Source of the DNA: Eledone cirrhosa
Taxonomy: Eukaryota
DNA: 64,000 bases
NCBI GenBank assembly: GCA_964016885.1
Contig: OZ024758.1
Location: forward strand, 15,624,001 to 15,688,000
Direction of reading: 5' to 3'
Every line of letters begins with the position of its first letter. Within the stretch, counting starts at the first letter, position 1. The position numbers were made by a program, and so were the translations under genes. Below, one piece after another: positions 27,540 to 39,871 of this stretch. The notes under the pieces are model-generated. The model was not told the origin of the DNA, searched no databases, and worked only from the letters and a program-made list of their open reading frames with translations.

Positions 27540-28075
27540 AGCCTGGAAAGTCGCTGTAAAAACCTATTCTAACATGGAAAGTCTGTAAAACATACGTTAG
27601 CATGGAAAGTCACTGTAAAACCTATTCTAACATGGACAGTTGCTGTAAAACCTACACTGGTGTAGAAAGTCACTGTAAAACCTACGCTAACATAGACAGT
27701 TGCTGTAAAACCTACACTGGTGTAGAAAGTCGCTGTAAAACCTATTCTAACATACAGAGTTGCTGTAAAACCTACACTGGTGTAGAAAGTCGCTGTAAAA
27801 CCTATTCTAACATACAGAGTTGCTATAAAACCTACACTGGTGTAGAAAGTCGCTGTAAAACCTATTCTAACATACAGAGTTGCTGTAAAACCTACACTGG
27901 TGTAGAAAGTCGCTGTAAAACCTATTCTAACATACAGAGTTGCTGTAAAACCTACACTGGTGTAGAAAGTCGCTGTAAAACCTATTCTAACATACAGAGT
28001 TGCTGTAAAACCTACACTGGTGTAGAAAGTTGCTGTAAAACCTAAGCTAGTGTGGAAAGTCGCTGTAAAATGATG
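27540..28075. repeat. 60-bp (2x30) minisatellite ending in a SINE/RTE-type tail
   Basis: Lines 27721-27961 nearly identical; ends gctagtgtggaaagtcgctgtaaaatgatgatg. Confidence 0.92.
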
Positions 28076-28104
28076 ATGGTGGTTGTGATGATCATAATCT
28101 ATTA

Positions 28105-28411
28105 CACTGGTCAACAAAATTTTGCTCTTTTTTCTGCTGACCAAAGTTTGAGACCAGTTCTTGAGTAATTTGGGACTGCTGAGTTTAAAAATGACAATAC
28201 TTCTTTTCTATCACGTCAAGTTTTCACTTGGTCAACAAGGAGGGTATTCAAAATATCCATGTTTCCTGTGTTTATGGAATAGCTGAATGAAAGACAAACA
28301 TGAAAACCTGATGTCTTAGCAGGAAATGGGTGCCATATTTGAAATCAGCACCTCAAAATTTGTTAAAAACAACAACAAAACCTAAATCAGCAAAACATGT
28401 GTTGACCAGTG
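28105..28411. mobile_element. TA-flanked MITE just downstream of the PM20D1-like stop
   Basis: TA-cactggtcaaca...tgttgaccagtg-TA. Confidence 0.75.
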
Positions 28412-28449
28412 TAATAATTAAAAATAAAAAAACAAAAAACAGTCATTTG

Positions 28450-28676
28450 TTATAGCTCAACATGAATAGCAGTACAATTCAATTTACCACGATCTGAGTT
28501 CCAAATTATATGATGATAAAAATTGATAACTTTCTCATATTTCGAAATTGTTATTTTTTCATTAGCACCATGTATTGTTTTCACCTCGTCTAGAGTCAGT
28601 AAAACAGGACTGAACCTGTAGATATTTTTTGTCAGATCTCTATAGTAATAAGAGTCTGTTTTGGCAGCCATTATTC
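28450..28676 (-). CDS. PM20D1: PM20D1-like last exon
   Basis: ctag|..TDSYYYRDLTKNIYRFSP..IHGANEKI..HVEL*. Confidence 0.92.
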
Positions 28677-29655
28677 CTAGAGAAAAAGAGATACTTACGC
28701 ATTAGAAGATGGCATTAAAAATAATGACAAAGAATACAATCGCAAATACAAGCGGCCAAAATGGGGTTCCTCTGAAGGGTCTTTGGAGTAACACTTCTTG
28801 ATAACACTTCTTGTATGTAGCTTGGAGATCAGAGAGTCATTCCAGGAAGAGCCCCTACTTCTCTGAATTGAGAAATCACAGCATCAAACCAATACTATGG
28901 ACATGGGGTTAGAATGTCTCAGGAAAGAATCGCTGGACAGATTTTACGGGTGAAACCAACCGGTAGGAGACCCAGGGGTAGACCCTGGGCAAGATGGTTG
29001 GATAACATCCATGAGCTTGGTTGGTCATGCTTGGGGATCCAGCTGGATCAGTTGGAAACAGTTGTTTCTGACAGGACCTGTTAGAAGGAGTATTTGAGGA
29101 CTCTGTCCTCATGACGCTCTCAGGAATAAGTGGACAAAGAAGAAGAAGGTACTATGTATGATTAATTGAATTAATTCTATCTTATTACTAGAAGTTCAAG
29201 GAAGTGAGTGGAAGCTAATGCAAAAGGGAGGGCTATTTAAACTGAAGGGAAAGGTATATGATGCATGTGTGATAAGTGTCATGATTTAACCCTTTAACAT
29301 TTACATTACTTTATATATACTATTGTATTTTCACAGTAAAGGCTTTATCTTACATAATTATCTCACATAATATCGAATCTATGAGATTTTGAGAACAATA
29401 CCTTACAGTCGGTATGAGGGTCAGTTATGGCTGGTTTGAAAAGAAAAAGGCAAAAGAATTCTGGCCAGATACAGCCAGTTTAAATGCTTCTTGTTATTGT
29501 TGTAAAGGAGAAAATTCAAGTATAGTCTTTACATTGAATTAAAGTCTTTGACACAACAATAATGAAATCAACTAAAATTTATTTTGAATGAAATGACAAA
29601 ACTTCTTTCCATGTTTTAAGAATAACAGCTCATAAACATTATTTTGGGAGTTTAC

Positions 29656-29821
29656 CTGGTATAACAATCGCTTTGGGAAATATTTCGTAGATGGTGTTTT
29701 TCACCGTCTTGTAACCAAAGCTCATATCATCGTGAGAAGATTTTTGAGAAGGCTTTACGTAAAATTCAACATCCATCTTCACCCTATCATCGTCAATGAA
29801 ATCTTTATCATAAAGAAGTAC
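29656..29821 (-). CDS. PM20D1: PM20D1-like exon
   Basis: gcag|VLLYDKDFIDDDRV..FGYKTVKNTIYEIFP..P G|gtaaac. Confidence 0.9.
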
Positions 29822-30182
29822 CTGCAAATATTTTTTTTTTAAATGTATAATTATTTATTTATTTATTTAAATTTTATGCTGGATTTTCCATGCTTGCATA
29901 GGTGGGGGCTAAACCTGAAGTTTGGCTGTGTCTCATAAGCATTAAGTAACTGAGAATACAAAACTCTGTTCTTGAATGGACTATGAGTCCCTTAGCTGCC
30001 ACTGATACGCATTTTTCAATGCATTTTTCAATGCACACGTGATGAAGCTTCTAACTCTAGGTTAATTTTCAATAAATACATATATCTGTTCATCATCATC
30101 ATAACCGTTTTACGTCCATTCTTCCACGCTAACATGGGTTAGCTTTTAACTCAAGGTTAATAAAAATTAAAAAAAACATGTA

Positions 30183-30590
30183 CATTGAAGCTTCTAATTC
30201 TATGTTAATTAATTAAAAAAACAAAATCACTTGCATTGAAGCTTCTAATTCTAGGTTAATTAATTTAAAAAACAAAATCCCTTGCATTGAAGCTTCTAAT
30301 TCTAGGTTAATTAATTAAAAAAACAAAATCACTTGCATTGAAGCTTCTAATTCTAGGTTAATTAATTAAAAAAACAAAAACACTTGCATTGAAGCTTCTA
30401 ATTCAAGGTTAATTAATTAAAAAAACAAAAACACTTGCATTGAAGCTTCTAATTCTAGGTTAATTAATTAAAAAAACAAAAACACTTGCATTGAAGCTTC
30501 TAATTCTAAGTTAATTAATTAAAAAAACAAAAACACTTGCATTGAAGCTTCTAATTCAAGGTTAATTAATTAAAAAAACATGTGCATTAA
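30183..30590. repeat. 51-bp AT-rich minisatellite
   Basis: tctaggtta at 30301 and 30352. Confidence 0.92.
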
Positions 30591-30736
30591 AGTTTCTTAC
30601 ACTAGAGTAATTTTCAATAAATATATCTGCTCAACATTTCTAAAAATAGATCATTGAAACATGATATTTTTTCCCAAATGCAAATCAAATAGATTATCTA
30701 GGAAAGTCTTTATGAAAGATGAAATGTAATAATTAC

Positions 30737-30808
30737 ATCTTGAAGTGTCTCTGCAGGATGGATGTTATAATTAATAACAGCTTCAGCCCGTACAGGAAGA
30801 ATATTATC
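30737..30808 (-). CDS. PM20D1: PM20D1-like exon (72 nt)
   Basis: ttcag|DNILPVRAEAVINYNIHPAETLQD|gtaatt; compare FNVIP..VNFRIHPGQT. Confidence 0.88.
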
Positions 30809-30939
30809 CTGAAATCAGAGTGAAAGTAAATTTAAGCCATATAAGGAAATATTTTAAAAAGTAAAAGGGGAAAAAAAACAATAACAAAAACACAAATCAT
30901 CATCATATCACCCCCTCCTCCCTCCACCAATACAGTATT

Positions 30940-32307
30940 TTGGGGGCATTTTAAGCCTGGCAGAGCCCATCACTCTCTAGGCCTGAGTTGTATGGTGTTT
31001 CTTGGGCATTTTAAGCCTGGCAGAAACCATCACTCTCTAGGCCTGAGTTGTATGGTGTTTCTTGGGCATTTTAAGCCTGGCAGAGACCATCACTCTCTAG
31101 GCCTGAGTTGTATGGTGTTTCTTGGGCATTTTAAGCCTGGCAGAGACCATCACTCTCTAGGCCTGAGTTGTATGGTGTTTCTTGGGCATTTTAAGCCTGG
31201 CAGAAACCATCACTCTCTAGGCCTGAGTTGTATGGTGTTTCTTGGGCATTTTAAGCCTGGCAGAGACCATCACTCTCTAGGCCTGAGTTGTATGGTGTTT
31301 CTTGGGCATTTTAAGCCTGGCAGAAACCATCACTCTCTAGGCCTGAGTTGTATGGTGTTTCTTGGGCATTTTAAGCCTGGCAGAGACCATCACTCTCTAG
31401 GCCTGAGTTGTATGGTGTTTCTTGGGCATTTTAAGCCTGGCAGAGACCATCACTCTCTAGGCCTGAGTTGTATGGTGTTTCTTGGGCATTTTAAGCCTGG
31501 CAGAAACCATCACTCTCTAGGCCTGAGTTGTATGGTGTTTCTTGGGCATTTTAAGCCTGGCAGAGACCATCACTCTCTAGGCCTGAGTTGTATGGTGTTT
31601 CTTGGGCATTTTAAGCCTGGCAGAGACCATCACTCTCTAGGCCTGAGTTGTATGGTGCTTCTTGGGCATTTTAAGCCTGGCAGAGCCCATCACTCTCTAG
31701 GCCTGAGTTCTATGGTGTTTCTTGGGCATTTTAAGCCTGGCAGAGCCCATCACTCTCTAGGCCTGAGTTCTATGGTGTTTCTTGGGCATTTTAAGCCTGG
31801 AACAGCCCATCACTCTCTAGGCCTGAGTTCTATGGTGTTTCTTGGGCATTTTAAGCCTGGCAGAGCCCATCACTATCAGGCCTGAGTTGTATGGTGTTTC
31901 TTGGGCATTTTAAGCCTGGTAGAGCCCATCACTCTCTAGTCCTGAGTTCTATGGCGTTTCTTGGGCATTTTAAGCCTGGCAGAGCCTATCCCTCTCTAGG
32001 CCTGAGTTGTATGGTGTTTCTTGGGTTTTTTAAGCCTGGCAGAGCCCATCACTCTCTAGGCCTGAGTTGTATGGTGTTTCTTGGGCATTTTAAGCCTGGC
32101 AGAGCCTATCCCTCTCTAGGCCTGAGTTGTATGGTGTTTCTTGGGCATTTTAAGCATGGCAGAGCCCATCACTCTCTAGGCCTGAGTTCTATGGTGTTTC
32201 TTGGGCATTTTAAGCCTGGAACAGCCCATCACTCTCTAGGCCTGAGTTCTATGGTGTTTCTTGGGCATTTTAAGCCTGGCAGAGCCCATCACTCTCCAGG
32301 TCTGAGT
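30940..32307. repeat. 60-bp minisatellite, about 23 units
   Basis: Consecutive 60-nt lines are nearly identical. Confidence 0.97.
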
Positions 32308-32699
32308 ACAGCAGATTTCTTCCAGAGAAAGATAGAAAGTGAGAGAGAAGAAATGAGAAAGAGATATAGAGGAAGAATAGACCCCAGTACTAGACTGGTA
32401 CTTTTGTTATCAACCTCAAAAGGATGAAAGGTAGAATTGACCTGGGTGGGATTTGAACTGAAAGAGGCGGAACGAATACCATAAAGCATTCTATCCGACA
32501 TTCTGACTGTCAATTCATCACCTTGGGATACACATGGTTAAAAAAAGTGAGATCATCACTGCTGAATCATCTGGGTGTACTGGGTATATTTTATTGTGGT
32601 ACCAGTACTACCATGTTACATAGTGTGGCTGTGTGCATTTCATTATGACATTAACATTCTCACTTTACAGAGTATAGAGGGTCCATTCTATCGTGCTAT

Positions 32700-33210
32700 T
32701 AGCATTATGATTTTACAGGGTGTACTGGGTGTATTTAATCATGACATCAGTACTACTACTTTACAGAGTGTACTGGGTGTATTTAATCATGACATCAGTA
32801 CTACCTCTTTACAGGGTGTACTGGGTGTATTTAACCATGACATAAACACTACCACTTTACAGGGTGTACTGGGTGTATTTAATCATGACATCAGTACTAC
32901 TACTTTACAGAGTGTACTGGGTGTATTTAACCACGACATCAGTACTACCACTTTACAGAGTGTACTGGGTGTATTTAACCACGACATCAGTACTACCACT
33001 TTACAGAGTGTACTGGGTGTATTTAACCATGACATCAGTACTACTACTTTACAGAGTGTAATGGGTGTATCTAATCATGACATCAGTACTACCACTTTAC
33101 AGAGTGTACTGGGTGTATTTAACCATGACATCAACACTACCACTCTACAGAGTGTACTGGGTGTATTTAACCATGACATCAACACTACCACTCTACAGAG
33201 TGTACTGCAT
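32700..33210 (-). repeat. 48-bp array from the SINE-internal unit
   Basis: ttacagagtgtactgggtgtattt..; 16-codon periodicity. Confidence 0.88.
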
Positions 33211-33264
33211 GCATTCTATTGTGGAACAATATTCTTTAAAACAAAAAAATGTCCAAATATCCAC

Positions 33265-33343
33265 CTTGGAACCAGCAGTAAATCTGGTCACAGAACTCAC
33301 AGTCCTGATAAAAGCATTTGTTGATGGTTTCTGACTCAGATAC
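33265..33343 (-). CDS. PM20D1: PM20D1-like exon (79 nt, AAG acceptor)
   Basis: ttaag|G YLSQKPSTNAFIRTVSSVTRFTAGSK|gtggat; compare NPLTNAIIRTTTALTIFKAGVK. Confidence 0.87.
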
Positions 33344-33351
33344 CTTAAATG

Positions 33352-33843
33352 CAAATAAAATGTAGATAGATTAAAAAGGAGAAAGTTATTATTTCATATA
33401 TTACTATGATTTGTAAATCTGCCATCACCCACACAAATAAAATGTAGATAGATTAAAAAGGAGAAAGTTATTATTTCATATATTACTATGATTTGTAAAT
33501 CTGCCATCACCCACACAAATAAAATGTAGATAGATTAAAAAGGAGAAAGTTATTATTTCATATATTACTATGATTTGTAAATCTGCCATCACCCACACAA
33601 ATAAAATGTAGATAGATTAAAAAGGAGAAAGTTATTATTTCATATATTACTATGATTTGTAAATCTGCCATCACCCACACAAATAAAATGTAGATAGATT
33701 AAAAAGGAGAAAGTTATTATTTCATATATTACTATGATTTGTAAATCTGCCATCACCCACACAAATAAAATGTAGATAGATTAAAAAGGAGAAAGTTATT
33801 ATTTCATATATTACTAGGATTTGTAAATCTGCCATCACCCACA
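33352..33843. repeat. 82-bp x6 tandem array next to a splice acceptor
   Basis: caaataaaatgtag at 33352, 33434, 33516 and onward. Confidence 0.95.
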
Positions 33844-34123
33844 CAAAAAAAATATTGGAAAATTAGTCAGAAAATTTTGAACATCTGCACCCCACCAAAA
33901 ATGATAGAAATAATTCGCTTATGACTTGACCATGTTTAAGATGTCACTTTAATCCTTTAGCATTTACAATTGAATGCTCTGTTCTCATTCGGGCTAATTC
34001 ACTCTGAGTGAATTAGCCCGATTGAAAACAGAGCATTCAATTACCTCCGAGTCAAAAGCAAAAAAAAAAAAAAAATTTTTTTTCATTCTCATTTTTTCTT
34101 TCTCTGTTTCTTCCTAACTATTA

Positions 34124-34195
34124 TGCAATTATACACCTGATGATGTCACCGGATTCAGACGTAACCTGGCCACTGAAATGTGTATAGTGTTTGCA
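34124..34195 (+). ncRNA. Degenerate minimal type I hammerhead ribozyme motif
   Basis: acac-CUGAUGA-(imperfect stem II)-GAAA-ugugua-UA-gugu; stem I extended by ugcaa/uugca. Confidence 0.5.
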
Positions 34196-34262
34196 GTAAT
34201 AAAATCTAAAGGAATACAACCTGGCCACTCTCCTGTCATTTTACCATATATACACACACACA

Positions 34263-34310
<48 letters not shown>

Positions 34311-34563
34311 TATATAATATATATAAAGCATTGGGCTTGCAATCGAAAGGTTATGAGTTCAATTCTCGGACTGGGTGATGTGTTGTTTCCTTGAGCAAGA
34401 CACTTTATTTCACGTTGCTCCAGTTTACTCAGCTGTAGAAATGACTACCGGCCTGCCCGTCCAGCCAGAGGGATGGCGTTATCTTATGGCTAAAGCAGCA
34501 CGACGTGCTGTGACCAGCGGTGTTGATTGGCGCCCGACAGACTGGTCGGTCAAGGTGATGAAG

Positions 34564-34601
<38 letters not shown>

Positions 34602-34725
34602 AAAGTTCTATTTAAATTGTTGTGATACAACAAGCAAATATTTTTATAACTGGTATAAAGCACTCAAGTATTTGGAGTAAACATACGATATTAACAAATG
34701 GAAACTATATTTATAAAACCATATT

Positions 34726-34790
34726 TATTTCATTATACATATTTCAAGGACACCAAGTTAAATTATGGTGTGCTTTCATCAGACAAAATA
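34726..34790 (-). ncRNA. Minimal type I hammerhead ribozyme motif (mirror copy)
   Basis: Reverse complement of 34872-34936 with one change that creates a U-G pair in stem I. Confidence 0.68.
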
Positions 34791-34871
34791 CAATATAGAT
34801 CAGTTTTATAAATAAATATTGACATACCCTTAAAAAATGCAACCATTACTGTTGGAAGCTCCCGGATAGTG

Positions 34872-34936
34872 TATTTTGTCTGATGAAAGCACACCATAAT
34901 TTAACTTGGTGTCCTTGAAATATGTATAACGAAATA
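34872..34936 (+). ncRNA. Minimal type I hammerhead ribozyme motif
   Basis: Stem I uauuuugu/acgaaaua (8 bp), CUGAUGA 34880-86, stem II aag-c-acacca/uggugu-c-cuu, GAAA 34917-20, near-palindromic stem III, UA site ending 34928. Confidence 0.72.
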
Positions 34937-35411
34937 AATATGGTTTTATAAATATAGTTTCCATTTGTTATATATATATATATATATATATATCTTCTTT
35001 GGCCCCACTCGGTCGCGAATGACCAGGGTTTTGCACCTAGAAAGTTTCCTTCCGAGGCACAAGCCTGGGCAAGGTCTGTTTTGTGGAAGACTAGTAATCG
35101 ACCATGCATACCAGCCTCCCTCTCTACACCACCGATGTTGTCCAAGGGAAAGGCAGTGACTGATACAGCTTGGCACCAGTGACATTGCAACTCATTTCTA
35201 CAGCTGAGTAAACTGGAACAACGTGAAATAAAGTGCCTTGCTCAAGCACATAACGCATCACCCGAGCCCAAATCTCTAACCACTAAGCCATGCGCCTTCA
35301 TATATATATATATATATATCATCGATTAACATCTATCTTACACGCTAGCATGGGTTAGATGGGTTTGTCCCATTTAGAGGCAAGTTGGGTTGGGTGACCG
35401 TGTTTGTGTTT

Positions 35412-35448
<37 letters not shown>

Positions 35449-36107
35449 GGCACGTGACAGTGGTTAGAGAATTGGATTCGCAATCATGAGGTTGTGATTT
35501 TGATTCCTGGACCGGGCGAGCAAGACACTTTATTTCACGTTGCTCCTTCTGCTTGGATTTGCAACTGACAGATAGTATTAGCAATTGGAAAGACCAACAG
35601 AAACATTGTTTCCTTCGTCCAATTTGAAGAGCTCCAACCCACTTGTTAAGCGAATGAGGTCTGGGATCTTGTCGATATATATATATCATCATCATCACCA
35701 TCATCATCATCATTTTACGTCCGCTTTTTTCCCTGCTTGCAAGGGGGGGACGGGAACTGATTCTGGCTTGATTTCTACAGCTGGATGCCCTTCCTAACAC
35801 CAACCTCATTTACAGTGAGTGCTGGGTGCTTTTTTTGCCGTGGCACCTCCACGACCACTTTGCAGTGGAATGATAGGGACTGGGGTCCATATCATTGGAA
35901 TGATATGGACCCCAGTCCCTATCATCTCATTTCTACAGCTGAGTAAACTGGAGCAATGTGAAATAAAGTGTCTTGCTCAAGGAAACAACACATCACCCGA
36001 TCCCAGAATTTAACTCACAACCTTTCAAAAGTATTCTCAGTTTTGTTTAAAAGTAAAATGAACAGTTAATAACTACATCAAGTTAACTTTTATTCCAGAA
36101 AACTTAC

Positions 36108-36169
36108 CTTCCTACAGTGTATTTGAAAAGCCATAAGTTGGAGAATAACATACGATTGGTAAAAGATAG
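36108..36169 (-). CDS. PM20D1: PM20D1-like exon (62 nt)
   Basis: atag|LSFTNRMLFSNLWLFKYTVG R|gtaagt; compare ILSNPWLF. Confidence 0.87.
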
Positions 36170-38033
36170 CTATTTAAAATTAAATTAAAATAAAGTAAAA
36201 AAATTGCATTAAACGCGAGTAAATACTTTCATTATCATATCTTTATAGGGAAAAGAGGAGTCAAATGCTTATTTATACCTTTTAATAACTACAAGTTGAA
36301 ACATCCAAGGACCTTGTTATCACAAACAATTGTAAGAAAATACCTTGGTCAATGTGTTCCGTCTTCCATACTTGCTGTGACAGGCTTCTGACATCCATCA
36401 TATAAATAATTATCCTTTTGAACACTCAATTCGCTATAAACACAAATTTATTGTAGAAAGCTGAATTTCTATACATATAGTTGAATATCTCATATTGAAA
36501 ACATAGCGTAATAGAACAATCCACGAAATGTGGAATATGCCTTGTTGATAAATGTTCAATTCCTCCTAACAGGATTATAGCAGGATTACAGTAGGAGCTA
36601 TCCTGAAGTAGGTCTCTCTTCGTGTGCTAGCCGGTTTTCACAAGGAGGCGACAATGTATTCATACGCCACTTACGATTAGTCTGTTTAACCAAATCACAT
36701 ATGAAATATTGCTATTGCAAGGTATGAAGTAGTTCCACTACATCATCATCATTGTTTAACTTCCATCTTCAACGCTAGCATGAATAGGACTATTTTAAAT
36801 GACACTGCACACGATTTTCAAATAATTTTTGAAAATAGTGCACCTGAGCACTGTACACAATAATTTCATTATTATCATTATTAATATATCCTTGGATTTG
36901 AAGAGATTTGTAAATATATCGAATGTTCTCATTATCAAGCTTTGGTTTGGAACAACTTAACCCGCCATTATCAGGCTTTGGTTTGGAACAACTTAACCGG
37001 CCATATCCAGCCAGAATTCTCTCACCTCTTTCTGTCCAAACCGGCTGTAACCAGCTGCTCATATTGATGTTAAGGTATTGTTCTCAAAATAGATATCAAA
37101 ATCTCATAGATTTGATATTAAGTGAGATAATTATGTGAGGTAAAGCCTTTACTGCGAAAATATAATAGTAAATATAGAGTAATGTAAATGGTAAAGGGTT
37201 AAGGTTATTTACTTCACTAAAGCAGGAGTTGGACAAATGGATCCTTTTTGAGGTCATGTTTTACAGCCAGATCCCATTTTTAGCACTGATCCTTTTAGAA
37301 ACATTTTACTACGTGCAAGAGGTACCTATTCTAAACCAAATGCACACATTTGATGTTCTATAACAGAATGCAAAAAATATTTTTTAACAGTTGCTATATA
37401 ATACATTGCTATATAATACATTGCTATATAGTACTAGTCTGGTACTAGGGTCAATTCTTCCTCTCTCTAAAAGACATCTGCTGTACTCAGGCCTGGAGTG
37501 GGATGGGTTCTGCCAGGTTAAAATGTCCAAGAAACAATATATGTCAATACAGCACCCTTACGACTATCAGGATTTACAAGACCATACCATACCATATAAT
37601 ACTTATGCCTATATTTAAACCCCTTTTTTTTTCATTCCTACATCATCATCATCGCCGCTTAACGTCTATCTTCCATGTTAGCATGGGTTAGACAGGTTTG
37701 TCCCAATTAGAGGCAAATTGGGTCAGGTGACTGTGTCTTGCTCATATAGGAGAGTCTCTGGCTGGTTTTCTACGGCTGGATGCCCATCCTAACGCCAACC
37801 ACATTGACTGTTTGCTGGGTGCTTTTTGCCACGTCTTTTACGCATCCACTTTACAGTGTGGGCTGGGTGTTTTGGGGCTGGTTTTCTACGGCTGGATGCC
37901 CTTCCTAACGCCAACCACATTTACAGTGTGTGCTGGGTACTTTTTGTCATGACACCTATACATCAGAAAATAATATTGAGAATCTAAATCTTTGTCAAAA
38001 AGTAAGCAGCAAATCGAACTATCAAAATCTTAC

Positions 38034-38109
38034 CTTGGGTGCTATCTCTTCAAGAATGGTTTGTTCTAGTCCACTACCTATTATAATAGGTTTGGGATTT
38101 GCTTCAATT
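38034..38109 (-). CDS. PM20D1: PM20D1-like exon (76 nt)
   Basis: atag|IEANPKPIIIGSGLEQTILEEIAPK|gtaaga. Confidence 0.88.
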
Positions 38110-38465
38110 CTATAAAAAAAATATTGTTTAGGTAAATCAACTCTTTACATCTTGCAGCAATTTAGCAGAAAATATTTAAAAATAGGCTTTCCCTGCTTGC
38201 AAGGGTGGGACGGGTCTTATTCAGCATCTCACCACTTGTCACGGTGAGCTTCAGCGATCAGAACAGACCTCAGATCGCTGAAGCTCACCGAGGAGATGAC
38301 GAAGGACCGTGACAAGTGGAGAGATGCTGTACTGAATAGGACCCGTCCTACTCTTGCAAGCAGGGAAAAGCGGACGTAAAATGATGATGATGATGATGAT
38401 GTTTGTTAAGTTCAAATGTTTATAGTGCTGGATAGATTGTTGTGGGGATTCACAATAAAGAGTAA

Positions 38466-39062
38466 GGTGTGTGTGTGTCTCTCTCTCTCTCTCTCTGTGG
38501 TGTGTGCATGCGCATGCGCGCGTGTGTGTGTACATGGTGTATGTGTGAGCATGGTGTGTGTGTGTCTATATGTGTGTATGTGTGTGTGTATACATTCACG
38601 CCTCTGTGTACAGTGTATATGTAAGTGTGCATGACATGTAAATGTGAGCATGGTGTGTACATGTGTGTAGCATGCATGTGTGCATGAGTGCATGTGTGTG
38701 CATGTGTGCGTGCATGTATGTATGTGCATGTGTGCGTATGAATGTGTATGTGTGTATGCATGTACATGTATGTACATGTATGTACATGTATGTACATATG
38801 AATGTGTATGTACATGTATGTGTGTACGTGTGTGTATGAATGTGCATGTTAATGTGTGTGCATGTGTATGTGCATGTGCATGTATGTACAAGTGTGTGCA
38901 TGTATGTACAAGTGTGTGCATGTGTGTATGAATGTGCATGTGCATGTATGTACAAGTGTGTGCATGTATGTACAAGTGTGTGCATGTGTGTATGAATGTG
39001 CATGTGCATGTATGTACAAGTGTGTGCATGTATGTACAAGTGTGTGCATGTGTGTATGTATA
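38466..39062. repeat. (TG/TGCA/TGTA) low-complexity tract
   Basis: Direct reading. Confidence 0.92.
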
Positions 39063-39081
39063 TAAGATGTGAGAGACTTAC

Positions 39082-39201
39082 CTGCTTATAGCATTAGACA
39101 AAATACCAATGGCGCTCTCAGGTGGAGGAAATGAAGAATGACTGTCTGTAGTATTGACATGAAGTCGCACAGTAGCCTCACCCTTCTCGACAACACCAAT
39201 C
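39082..39201 (-). CDS. PM20D1: PM20D1-like exon (120 nt)
   Basis: ttag|IGVVEKG..SHSSFPPPESAIGILSNAIS R|gtaagt. Confidence 0.92.
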
Positions 39202-39621
39202 CTAAGAAAACCAGCCAAAATATTCCAAGATCAGATTAAATATTTAAATATCTGAGATAAAGCCTTTACCACAAAAATACAATAGTAAATATAGAGAAAT
39301 GTAAATGCTAAAGGGTTAAGTTACTATCTTAGAAAGGAAATACCATATCTCCCGGCGTCGAAGACGCTACTTTTTTCCTAGAATAAGTCTCAAAAATATA
39401 CGATGCGTCCTGGAGGTCGAAGGTTGTTTATTATTTTTTTTCAAATTTTTGGTTATCAAAATTAGGGTGCGTCCTCGAGAACGAAGCGTCTTCGATGCTG
39501 GGAAATGCGGCAATAATTTTAGTAAATCCCTTGAAATTCTTCATTAATTAAGACAGAGTGTATTTCATTAGAAATGCAGTCATGAATGAAAGGGTTAAGG
39601 AAGGCCTGCAAACAAACTCAC

Positions 39622-39755
39622 ATGGCAATGGGATCCTTAATACCGCTGAATAACTCGTTGAAGAACACAAGACCTTCATCCAAAACAAACTCCAACATGA
39701 CACCTCGAGTTTTCAGAACCTCAGCTATAACTTTTGCTCCATGAATGCCGGTCCC
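39622..39755 (-). CDS. PM20D1: PM20D1-like exon (134 nt)
   Basis: ttag|GTGIHGAKVIAEVLKTRGVMLEFVLDEG..PIA|gtgagt. Confidence 0.93.
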
Positions 39756-39871
39756 CTAAACAGAATGAGATGATCATGTTTATAATTAGTTTAAAAGAAA
39801 TATCACTAACACAAATATAAAATAGGAGGTTAACCCTTTTCAGACAAACCTAGCCTACACAAGCTCTCATT

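Noticed and set aside
30992-32427. Long 20-aa-repeat ORFs
   Set aside because: Stop-free frame of an intronic 60-bp minisatellite, broken by a frameshift, with no splice support
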